Source of the DNA: an uncultured delta proteobacterium | Lineage (GTDB): Bacteria > Desulfobacterota > Desulfomonilia > UBA1062 | DNA: 64,000 bases | Direction of reading: 5' to 3' | Assembly (NCBI GenBank): GCA_963798485.1 | Contig: CAWCTR010000021.1 | Coordinates: forward strand, 192,001-256,000 | In this document: piece after piece, positions 51,037 to 59,483 of the stretch | Position numbering within the stretch: position 1 is the stretch's first letter | Layout of the letters: every line of letters begins with the position of its first letter | Made by a program: the position numbers and the translations under genes | Notes under the pieces: generated by a model | The model's input: the letters and a program-made list of their open reading frames with translations, nothing else | What the model was told of the DNA's origin: nothing | Databases searched by the model: none

Positions 51037-51061
51037 TCTGAGCGGAAAATATCCCGCTCAG
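51037..51061. terminator. hairpin between convergent response regulator and HU genes
   Basis: CTGAGCGG/CCGCTCAG stem. Confidence 0.5.
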
Positions 51062-51098
51062 CAAAGAAGAAACGCCCCCCCTTTTATCAGCGGAGTTG

Positions 51099-51380
51099 TT
51101 ACCTGCCTTTATTTACGGTTTCCTTCAGGGCCTTACCTGCCTTAAAGCGAGGAACCTTGCTGGCCTTGATCTTGATCTTCTTCTGGGTGCGCGGGTTGAT
51201 TCCTTCGCGTGCAGCCCTCTTGGCAACTTCGAACGTACCGAAGCCTACCAAGGTGACCTTCTCGCCCTTCTTAAGGGCCGCCTTGATGGCATCGAGAATG
51301 GCATCCACCACCGTTGCCGAAGCTACCTTTGACTTGCTTGTCTTTTTTGCAATTGCATCTACCAATTCCGACTTCGTCAT
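51099..51380 (-). CDS. hup: DNA-binding protein HU
   Basis: GFGTF, REGINPRT and PRFKAGKALK motifs. Confidence 0.97.
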   Translation of the reverse strand: MTKSELVDAIAKKTSKSKVASATVVDAILDAIKAALKKGEKVTLVGFGTFEVAKRAAREGINPRTQKKIKIKASKVPRFKAGKALKETVNKGR

Positions 51381-51508
51381 ACTACATCCCCCTCTTCTAG
51401 ATTAAGTATTTTCCTGCTTCCACGTCTCTATAACTACCTGAAAGCAAGTGTTCATCACATTCTTCGGCAAAAGGCTCCTGAAACATTAATTTCTTTATAA
51501 GCTTACAA

Positions 51509-52351
51509 CTATCTCAGCTCCATATTGTCGATGAGTCTTGTGTTTCCTATTTTCACGGCAAGCGCCATAATAGCCTTTGTTTCGATGCGATCGATACATT
51601 CCAGGGTATCGGGATGGACAATCTCAACATAGTCTATAACAGCCCCTGGAGTGGATGATATCATGTCGAGAGCCATCTGAGCGATCTTTGAAGTATTGTT
51701 CTCCCCGTGCTTCACGAGTTCACGCGCCTTATGCAAAGACCTGCTAAGCACAAGTGCATTCTTGCGTTGCTCGGAATTCAGATACTTATTTCTCGAACTC
51801 ATGGCCAGACCGTCTTCTTCCCTGACCGTTGGATGTGCAAAGATCTTTACATTCATATTGAGGTCATCAACCATGCGTTTGATAACCGTGAGCTGCTGGT
51901 AGTCCTTTTGACCGAAGACCGCAACATCAGGCTCGATGATGTTGAAGAGCTTGGCAACCACTGTTGTTACTCCGCGGAAATGGGTCGGTCTGGCTATACC
52001 GCAAAGTTTGCCGGTAATGCCTTCCACATTGACATACGTTGCATACCCTTGAGGGTACATCTCCTGTACATCAGGGAAGAAGATGCATTCTACGCCGACG
52101 CCATCCGAGAGATTCCTGTCATTCTCCAAGTCACGGGGGTACGTAGAAAGGTCTTCATCAACTCCGAATTGGGTGGGATTCACAAAAATGCTGATAACGA
52201 GGTGGTCCGCAAGGGTCTTGCCCATCCGCATGAGGTCGAGGTGACCCTTATGGAGATAACCCATGGTGGGCACGAGACATATGGTCTCTCCACGCTGTTT
52301 TATGCCTTTAACATAAGTCTTTATGCCTCGGATCGTGGTGATGAGTTCCAT
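51509..52351 (-). CDS. panC: pantoate--beta-alanine ligase
   Basis: VPTMGYLHKGH, FVNPTQF, FGQKDYQQ and RLIDN motifs. Confidence 0.97.
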   Translation of the reverse strand: MELITTIRGIKTYVKGIKQRGETICLVPTMGYLHKGHLDLMRMGKTLADHLVISIFVNPTQFGVDEDLSTYPRDLENDRNLSDGVGVECIFFPDVQEMYPQGYATYVNVEGITGKLCGIARPTHFRGVTTVVAKLFNIIEPDVAVFGQKDYQQLTVIKRMVDDLNMNVKIFAHPTVREEDGLAMSSRNKYLNSEQRKNALVLSRSLHKARELVKHGENNTSKIAQMALDMISSTPGAVIDYVEIVHPDTLECIDRIETKAIMALAVKIGNTRLIDNMELR

Positions 52352-52364
52352 CCTCAGACGTCTC

Positions 52365-53168
52365 CTAGCTTTTGAAACAGTGTTCTTCATCCGGGAACTC
52401 ACCGTTTCTCACCTCTTTGGAATAGGCATTCACCGCATCTTTGATGATATCATACAGGCCGGCATAACGCTTTACGAATTTGGGTTTAAAGTCTTTGTTC
52501 ATACCCAGAAGGTCCTGGATCACCAGGACCTGCCCGTCGCAATACGGCCCTGCTCCTATGCCGATGGTAGGTATGGAAAGGGCCTCGGATACCTCTTTGG
52601 CTACAAGTGTCGGGACACATTCAAGCACAAGGGAGAACGCCCCTGCATCTTGAAGCAGGAGGGCATTTTCCTTCAAGAGCTTCGCCGCATCTTCTCCCCT
52701 GCCCTGCACCTTGTAGCCGCCGAAGGCATGGATTGATTGCGGGGTGAGCCCCAGGTGGCCCATCACCGGGATATCGGCCTTCACAATGGCCTTTACCTGC
52801 TCGATTACCCGCTGCCCGCCTTCGAGTTTTATTGCCTGGGCGCCCGCCTCCTGGAGAAAACGCCCTGCATTGCGGACAGCGTCAGCGACGCTGGTCTGGT
52901 AGGAGAGGAATGGCATATCGGCAACTACGAGGGCCTTGGGCTTCGTATTGGTGACGCTTTTTACAAAAAGGAGCATCATGTCCATGGTAGCGCCTAAGGT
53001 ATTGTCGAGTCCTGCCATCACCATACCTGCAGAGTCGCCTACAAGGATGGTATCTATATCGGCATCGTCTACAATGCGGGCCATGGTCGCATCGTAGGAG
53101 GTGACCATGACGATAGGCTGCTTGCCTTTCTTGCCGAGGATGTCCAGAACCGTGACAGACTTCTTCAT
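52365..53168 (-). CDS. panB: 3-methyl-2-oxobutanoate hydroxymethyltransferase
   Basis: LVGDS, KLEGG, HLGLTPQ and IGIGAG motifs. Confidence 0.97.
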   Translation of the reverse strand: MKKSVTVLDILGKKGKQPIVMVTSYDATMARIVDDADIDTILVGDSAGMVMAGLDNTLGATMDMMLLFVKSVTNTKPKALVVADMPFLSYQTSVADAVRNAGRFLQEAGAQAIKLEGGQRVIEQVKAIVKADIPVMGHLGLTPQSIHAFGGYKVQGRGEDAAKLLKENALLLQDAGAFSLVLECVPTLVAKEVSEALSIPTIGIGAGPYCDGQVLVIQDLLGMNKDFKPKFVKRYAGLYDIIKDAVNAYSKEVRNGEFPDEEHCFKS

Positions 53169-53360
53169 ACCTCACCTTCCTCTAAACCATTGGTACACTT
53201 GATTCTGTAAACGATCAAGGAAATTTTCATAGAAAGCACCTGTAAGCTGGAAAAAGGCATTTTCTTGAAAGTGGGCACGAATTGGGCTAAAACACAAATG
53301 CTCTCAGGGATGGGTATTGATGATATTCATAAAAACAAAAAAGATCTTAAAGGTAATCCT

Positions 53361-54725
53361 ATGACCGGGATGCGTACTTTATTTTCGATCATTCTCCTTA
53401 TTCTCATTTCTTCCCAGGTTCTTATGGCCCAAGCGCATGCTGCAGAAAATCAATATCAGCAAAAGCCGGTGCTTGGAATAGTCACGGGAAAGTCCGCCGG
53501 TCAGAACACCCCATCGCAAGACCTCCTTGCCTCAGGAAAAATTACAAGCAACAAGATCGACCTGGTAACTAAAAAGTTTGCCGACGTTCTGGGAGACTGG
53601 GTGGCGGACAAGATCTATCTCGACATCACATGGCTCAAAATCATTTACTGCCTGATGCTGCTTTTGGGAGTTCTCATCCTTGAGCGCATCATAAAGTATA
53701 TCCTTAACAAGCAGATCTACAGAAAATTCGCTGCGCGCATGCGTATGCAAACGCTTGCATCGTTGATCGATGCCCAGCGCGGTCCTCTTTCCTTGTTCAT
53801 CCTGTCGTACGGGGCCCTATGGTCTTTCTCCCCCATCCTAGTGCAATTCAAGTCTGTCAAGGACTTGCAGTTTATTCCTATTGTTGCAGGAAAGGCCGCT
53901 GATATCGCCTGCTATTTTGCCATCCTGTGGTATCTCTACCGCCTGGCATTCTTTTTTGAGAATTACCTCAAAGACAAGGCTGATAAATCCGAGAAAGGCC
54001 TCGGCGATATGCTGCTGCCGTTCCTCGGTAAGACTCTACGTATCCTGATCATCTTTATCGGATTTGCCGTCATACTCCATCGACTCACAGGCATGAACTT
54101 CGGTCCCATGATCGCATCATTGGGTATCGGCGGAGCAGCCATTGCCTTTGCAGCCAAAGAGTCTATAGGCAATTTCCTGGGCTCGCTCACCATCATCTTC
54201 GACAAGCCATTTACCGTAGGAGACCGGATCGTTCTCGACAACTACGATGGGGTGGTGGAACAGTTAGGGTTCAGGAGCACGCGGATCAGGACAACCGAAG
54301 GCAGCCTCGTGAGCATCCCCAATGAAAAGATCATCACCAGCGCCCTGGAGAATATTGGACAGAAACCACATATCCGCTGGCTCGACAACTTCACCCTTGC
54401 TGCTGATACACCACCTGCCAAGGTGGAGCAGGCCGTTAGCATCATCAAGAACATCCTGGAAAAACATGAAGGCATGAACCCTGACTTTCCACCGCGGGTT
54501 TACTTCAACGGCTTCAACGGCACAGGCCTTAACATCCAGGTGCAGGCGTGGTACCACCCTGCCACCGAAAACTGGCAATACATGGATTGGCTCCAGCTGA
54601 CCTGCTTCAAAATCCTGAACGCCTTTAAGTCTGAGGGCATTGAATTCGCATCTACATCTCAGAAGGTCTATCTCTCAGGGGACAAGAAGAGGGAGATAGG
54701 ACTTAAAGAGAACAGTGATCAGTGA
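53361..54725 (+). CDS. MscS-family mechanosensitive channel
   Basis: SLGIGGAAIAFAAK, PFTVGD, GFRSTRIR and IPN motifs; start uncertain. Confidence 0.93.
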   Translation: MTGMRTLFSIILLILISSQVLMAQAHAAENQYQQKPVLGIVTGKSAGQNTPSQDLLASGKITSNKIDLVTKKFADVLGDWVADKIYLDITWLKIIYCLMLLLGVLILERIIKYILNKQIYRKFAARMRMQTLASLIDAQRGPLSLFILSYGALWSFSPILVQFKSVKDLQFIPIVAGKAADIACYFAILWYLYRLAFFFENYLKDKADKSEKGLGDMLLPFLGKTLRILIIFIGFAVILHRLTGMNFGPMIASLGIGGAAIAFAAKESIGNFLGSLTIIFDKPFTVGDRIVLDNYDGVVEQLGFRSTRIRTTEGSLVSIPNEKIITSALENIGQKPHIRWLDNFTLAADTPPAKVEQAVSIIKNILEKHEGMNPDFPPRVYFNGFNGTGLNIQVQAWYHPATENWQYMDWLQLTCFKILNAFKSEGIEFASTSQKVYLSGDKKREIGLKENSDQ

Positions 54726-54753
54726 TCATAGCAGCATTCAACTTTTTCGCTGA

Positions 54754-55461
54754 TCACTGGTTGTTCAGATTTCCCAACCAGCCCAGAGTCTTCCCGAGGA
54801 TTCTTGCGTAGACCTGTTCTTCGGTCACACCGGAATTGACAGGCATCTTGAAGGAATGTTCCGCCCCTTCGATGACCTCTAACGTCCAGGGGGCCTTTAT
54901 CCGGCTGAGCACATCCTGAAGAATGCTAATATCGCAGAATGGATCGTGGCTCCCTTCAAAGAAGAGCAAGGGGACATCGATCTTATGGAGATGGGCATCA
55001 CGCAGGATATCCTTCTTGCCTGGCGGGTGGAGGGGATATCCCATCAGAATCAATCCGCAGGCATTCAGGAGCCCTGTTGCTACCGCCTGACTGGCGATCC
55101 TTCCGCCAAGGGATTTGCCCGCCACTACCACCCGTTCGGGTTGATAGACCGGATGATTCTTGAAATATTGATATACGCTCAACCAGGTGGTCACAAGTAC
55201 ATCATCGCTGTCAGGGTTCCTCCTGCCCTTGTCCCGGTAGGGGAAGTTGAACCTCACACATAAATATCCGGCCTGTTCCAGGACATTGGCCATATGGGTG
55301 AGCAGCGGATTGAACATATCATTGCCGGCGCCATGGGCAAGGATCACCGCAGGTTTTTTCGATGCATCGTAGTTCTGGGGGAAAGATACTAAGGTAGATA
55401 TCTTTCCACCATATTCAGCGGGTACAAACACATATTCATCAGCAGCCACAATCACCTCCAA
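54754..55461 (-). CDS. alpha/beta hydrolase (dienelactone hydrolase/KANL3-like)
   Basis: AHGAG, GKSLGG, GYPLHPPG, D and H motifs. Confidence 0.9.
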   Translation of the reverse strand: MEVIVAADEYVFVPAEYGGKISTLVSFPQNYDASKKPAVILAHGAGNDMFNPLLTHMANVLEQAGYLCVRFNFPYRDKGRRNPDSDDVLVTTWLSVYQYFKNHPVYQPERVVVAGKSLGGRIASQAVATGLLNACGLILMGYPLHPPGKKDILRDAHLHKIDVPLLFFEGSHDPFCDISILQDVLSRIKAPWTLEVIEGAEHSFKMPVNSGVTEEQVYARILGKTLGWLGNLNNQ

Positions 55462-55576
55462 TTCACTACAGATATACTATACGTCTTCATAAATGCCTCT
55501 GTGACTCAGCACTTAAGGATGTAATATCCTTATCAACCATATAATGATGCCCGATGTCAAAACCCAGATGACATTC

Positions 55577-56404
55577 TTATATAAGGCAATGGATATTCAC
55601 CATATAAGTAAACATGTGGTGGGGATTCGTAATGGCAAGACCAGCCCAGTTCAGCCCCAAGGCAACCTCTCTTCCGCAGAAGACTTGAAAGGATGTGCAA
55701 TCCTCTCTCACGCCCGGGGTAAGCGAGAACCCGGCTTTAAGAACCGAGCTCGCCAATATGGTATTATATGATACCTTCTTCCATGCAGGTATCTCTAAAT
55801 CGTGCAATGAATGATCATCTGTTGTCAGCCGATCGAAAGTACTCCCGTCCACCTCATTGAGCATGAGCAGCCTGCCCTGCCCCATTATGGATCTGCCGTC
55901 GATCTTCACAATGAACCCTTTAGGGGTTGCTTCATAAACTATACGGCATTGTCCCCTAGCAGGCCCCGGCTCCATGGAACTTCGAATACCAAGGCATGAC
56001 ATGACAATCGTGCGCAGCTTCAGCAATGGATGTTGGATGACAGGCCCTCTCATAAACCCTTCAACAAGTTTTTCGACAAGGCAGCTGAACCATGCCGGCA
56101 TCTTTCTGCCTGCAATGTGCCATACAAGGACCCGGTCCATCTTAAATACCTTTTCCATGGCGGTCTCACTGATTACCTTGGCTGAAGATAGCGTGGGGAA
56201 GATTGTCTGGTGAGCGGTTTTCCACACAGGCAGGCCGATGCCTGACGACTCGCCGGCACATAGTCTCCCCTTGCAGCACAGAAAAAGGCCTTTTGCCATA
56301 TCCGTCGTCTTGCCGCAGTGCACGGATACATCATGGATCAGTGAAATATCATCCGAGAGTTTAAGCTCGATTCTGTCTTCCTTATTCACGGGTTCAATAG
56401 GCAT
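55577..56404 (-). CDS. hypothetical protein coupled to the B12 radical SAM gene
   Basis: Probable start overlaps the upstream gene end; C-terminal GRE...LNWAG. Confidence 0.7.
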   Translation of the reverse strand: MPIEPVNKEDRIELKLSDDISLIHDVSVHCGKTTDMAKGLFLCCKGRLCAGESSGIGLPVWKTAHQTIFPTLSSAKVISETAMEKVFKMDRVLVWHIAGRKMPAWFSCLVEKLVEGFMRGPVIQHPLLKLRTIVMSCLGIRSSMEPGPARGQCRIVYEATPKGFIVKIDGRSIMGQGRLLMLNEVDGSTFDRLTTDDHSLHDLEIPAWKKVSYNTILASSVLKAGFSLTPGVREDCTSFQVFCGREVALGLNWAGLAITNPHHMFTYMVNIHCLI

Positions 56405-57716
56405 TCGATCTCTTTTGAAGAGCAAATTGCATATAGGTCTCTTCAATGCGTTTATTGAGATATGCCTCATCGAATTCAGACTGGTAGATCATACGGTTCT
56501 CATTCTCATAACTCCAGTCTTCATTGTCCTTAATACCGCATACCTTTTCGAAGAGTTTTGTGCCCGGAAGGGGAAAGGGGATTGTAAAAGAGATCTCGTT
56601 CAGGGGGAGCTTTAAAGCCCAGGCAAAGGTAGTCTCGATAGTTTCATACGTCTCCCCGGGATAGCCCACCATGAAGAAGCCTGCCGTCTCAATGCCGCAC
56701 CGGGTAAAGAGATCGAGCATCTTTTCCGCCGCCTCGACGGTGCTGTGTTTGTTCATAAGTATGAGAACTTCATCGCTTCCTGATTCCAACCCGAAGAAGA
56801 CCTTCGAACACCCTGATCGTTGCATGAGTTTCACATCTTCAAGGGGGATCGGCTCTGTACGTGACAGGCAGGTCCATTTCATCCGGAGATCATCCCGGAT
56901 CATTCTCTCACAGAAGGCCCTTACATGATTGAGGTCTAAGGTGAAGCAATCATCGGCTATCCAGAGACCCTCGTATCCGAATGATTTGATATCATGGATC
57001 TCTTCAATAATATTGTCTATGCCCCGTCTTCGAAAATTGTGGCCGAAAATGGGTTTTGCGCAGAAATCACAATTATAAGGGCAGCCATAGGTGGTCATGA
57101 TGCCGGCATAGGTAATACCCTCTTTCTCCAGCCAGAACTTCTGGTAGCTATCATGGTCAAAATCAGTCCTGTCAGGTATGGGCAATTGATTTATAAGCGC
57201 TTTATCAGTCGCTTTCGCAGGGGTTTTGATAACCTTGTTGGTTTGCATGTCACGCATAGAGATGCCCGGATAACGCTCATGATGTGAAAGCACGTCAGAA
57301 ATGCCTCCGGCGTCCAGGAAATCCTTGCAGAATAGCGGGAAGGAGAGAATGGACTCACCCCTGAAGATGAGGTTGAAATCCCGGCTGAACTGCTCCGGTC
57401 GAAGGGTCGGCATGGGACCACCGCAAACAAGGAGGGTTTCAGGGCTGATCGCTCGTATCTTTCTTGCCAGATCGAGTGCGTTACCGATCATAGTAAGCAT
57501 GACATAGATACCTACTACCCTGGGCTTAATCTCAGAGATTTCCATAAGGGCTTCATCCGGATTCCTGAAGGTGAGATCAATAATCGTGGTGTTCATGCCT
57601 TGCTGCCGTAACAAAGCACTCAGCTGTGCGATGCCCAATGGGTGAAACAGCATGGAATTGCGTGCATGTTTATATATATACGGATAGATCAGGACAATAT
57701 CAGACATATTTTTCAT
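56394..57716 (-). CDS. B12-binding domain radical SAM protein
   Basis: PLGI..L and GGP..T B12-binding region; GCPYNCDFC; GLESGS. Confidence 0.93.
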   Translation of the reverse strand: MKNMSDIVLIYPYIYKHARNSMLFHPLGIAQLSALLRQQGMNTTIIDLTFRNPDEALMEISEIKPRVVGIYVMLTMIGNALDLARKIRAISPETLLVCGGPMPTLRPEQFSRDFNLIFRGESILSFPLFCKDFLDAGGISDVLSHHERYPGISMRDMQTNKVIKTPAKATDKALINQLPIPDRTDFDHDSYQKFWLEKEGITYAGIMTTYGCPYNCDFCAKPIFGHNFRRRGIDNIIEEIHDIKSFGYEGLWIADDCFTLDLNHVRAFCERMIRDDLRMKWTCLSRTEPIPLEDVKLMQRSGCSKVFFGLESGSDEVLILMNKHSTVEAAEKMLDLFTRCGIETAGFFMVGYPGETYETIETTFAWALKLPLNEISFTIPFPLPGTKLFEKVCGIKDNEDWSYENENRMIYQSEFDEAYLNKRIEETYMQFALQKRSNAY

Positions 57717-57862
57717 CCTTCATTATACATATCATTAGAATGGTTCTGAGCCTATAAGAACCTGAATGGATGTCGATAATTCAGTTTTTTATCTTTTATT
57801 TGACGCAACACCAGAAATAATTTATTTATACTGTATCAGTTCATTTGGTATAAGGTTATGCT

Positions 57863-58432
57863 ATGAAAGTATGCAATGAAGTCATCAGAGAGAGAATCAT
57901 TCAAACTACCTGCGATTTATTGAGAAAAACAGGTCTTAAGGGGTGGAACATGGACCTTCTCGCCCATGAGACCGGCCTTGCCAAAAATACCCTCTACAAG
58001 ATCATCGGCTCGAAAGAGCAGTTGTTGGAGCAGGTCGTCATCTCAAAGATGACCCAGGACCTTGAGCACATAGATCTGATCATGCAAGAAGAGAAAGACT
58101 ACATGACGGCAGTAAACAAAATGATAGAGAAATTTGTCGATCTTACAAAAAATAATAATTTTATTTCAAAAATCTATTTCGAGTATCCCTCCATGGAGAT
58201 GAAGATCAAGGGAACGCGGAGGGAAATTTCTGCATCCATTTTCCGTTTTATCAGAAACGGTATGGACATGGGGCTGGTAAGGGATGATATGGCCCCGGAA
58301 TTCATATTTGATCTCATCGAAGGCACAGCCATGCATTATTTCCGCATAGGTCTTACAGGATCTGAATTCGAAAAGGCCTTTCAGTGCGCCATGGACTGCC
58401 TGGTGAACGGCTTGAAAAAGAGAGAACAATAG
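57863..58432 (+). CDS. TetR-family regulator
   Basis: MDLLAHETGLAKNTLY..IGSKEQL HTH. Confidence 0.88.
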   Translation: MKVCNEVIRERIIQTTCDLLRKTGLKGWNMDLLAHETGLAKNTLYKIIGSKEQLLEQVVISKMTQDLEHIDLIMQEEKDYMTAVNKMIEKFVDLTKNNNFISKIYFEYPSMEMKIKGTRREISASIFRFIRNGMDMGLVRDDMAPEFIFDLIEGTAMHYFRIGLTGSEFEKAFQCAMDCLVNGLKKREQ

Positions 58433-58511
58433 CGCCTTGATTGATGTTTGCTTCGGCATGAACATGCTTCATGAAGGATTATGAAAAAGGCTTTTTTACA
58501 AAAGGGGGCGT

Positions 58512-59483
58512 ATGGCCGGCAAGGGGAAGGTTTTCAAAAAAGTCATAGCAATAGGGGCTGTTGTTATTCTTGTGGGGGTTCTGGGCTTCACCTTCTTTTT
58601 TAACAAGGATAAAAATTCAATACCGCAAGGTTTTGTGAAGGGTAACGGCCGTCTTGAAGCCACTGAAGTAGATATTGCCACAAAATTATCAGGCCGATTG
58701 GCAGAGGTCCTTGTGAAAGAGGGCGATTTTGTAGACAAAGACCAGGTCTTAGCCAAGATGGACACGACAACACTTCAGGCTCAGATCAGACAGGCAGAGG
58801 CAGAGGTGAGCCGGATGAAGCAGGCACGTCTGACAGCGCTTTCCAAGGTAGAGGGGATCCGTCTCAGGTGTATCCTTGCAGGAAAAGAGCTTGAACGTTC
58901 AAAAAATCTCTTTGCACAGGGCATTGTAACCCAACAGCAATATGATCGTGACCTGACAACCAAGCAGGCCCTGGAGGCTGATTATTCAGCAATAAAATCT
59001 TCCGTATCAGAGGCTGATGCTGCTATTGAAGCAGCCATTGCCCAGGCAGAGAGACTAAAGGCGGAGTTCAATGACTGCATACTGAAGAGCCCCATCAAGG
59101 GACCGGTCCTCTCCCGCCTTGCGGAACCGGGCGAGGTCCTGCCGAATGGCGGAAAGGTGCTGACCATCGTTGACCCTACCGATGTTTATATGAATGTCTA
59201 CCTGTCTGAACGAGTCGCCGGAGAGATACCCATGGGCGGTGAGGCGAAGGTAGTTCTCGATGCCATTCCTGATAAATCGTTTCTTTCAAAGGTAGCCTAT
59301 GTCTCTCCAAAGGCGCAATTCACCCCCAAAGAGGTGGAGGCTGCGGAGGAACGTCAGAAGCTCGTTTTCCGCGTGACAATCAGTTTACAGGAATATAATG
59401 ATCCCCGGTTGAAGCCGGGCATGCCCGGTGTTGCATATATACGTTTGAATCCGTCCGCGAAATGGCCGGAACTCTTTAAGTGA
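58512..59483 (+). CDS. HlyD-family membrane fusion protein (YhiI-like)
   Basis: GNGRLEATEVDIATK, AQFTPK and GMPG motifs. Confidence 0.93.
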   Translation: MAGKGKVFKKVIAIGAVVILVGVLGFTFFFNKDKNSIPQGFVKGNGRLEATEVDIATKLSGRLAEVLVKEGDFVDKDQVLAKMDTTTLQAQIRQAEAEVSRMKQARLTALSKVEGIRLRCILAGKELERSKNLFAQGIVTQQQYDRDLTTKQALEADYSAIKSSVSEADAAIEAAIAQAERLKAEFNDCILKSPIKGPVLSRLAEPGEVLPNGGKVLTIVDPTDVYMNVYLSERVAGEIPMGGEAKVVLDAIPDKSFLSKVAYVSPKAQFTPKEVEAAEERQKLVFRVTISLQEYNDPRLKPGMPGVAYIRLNPSAKWPELFK

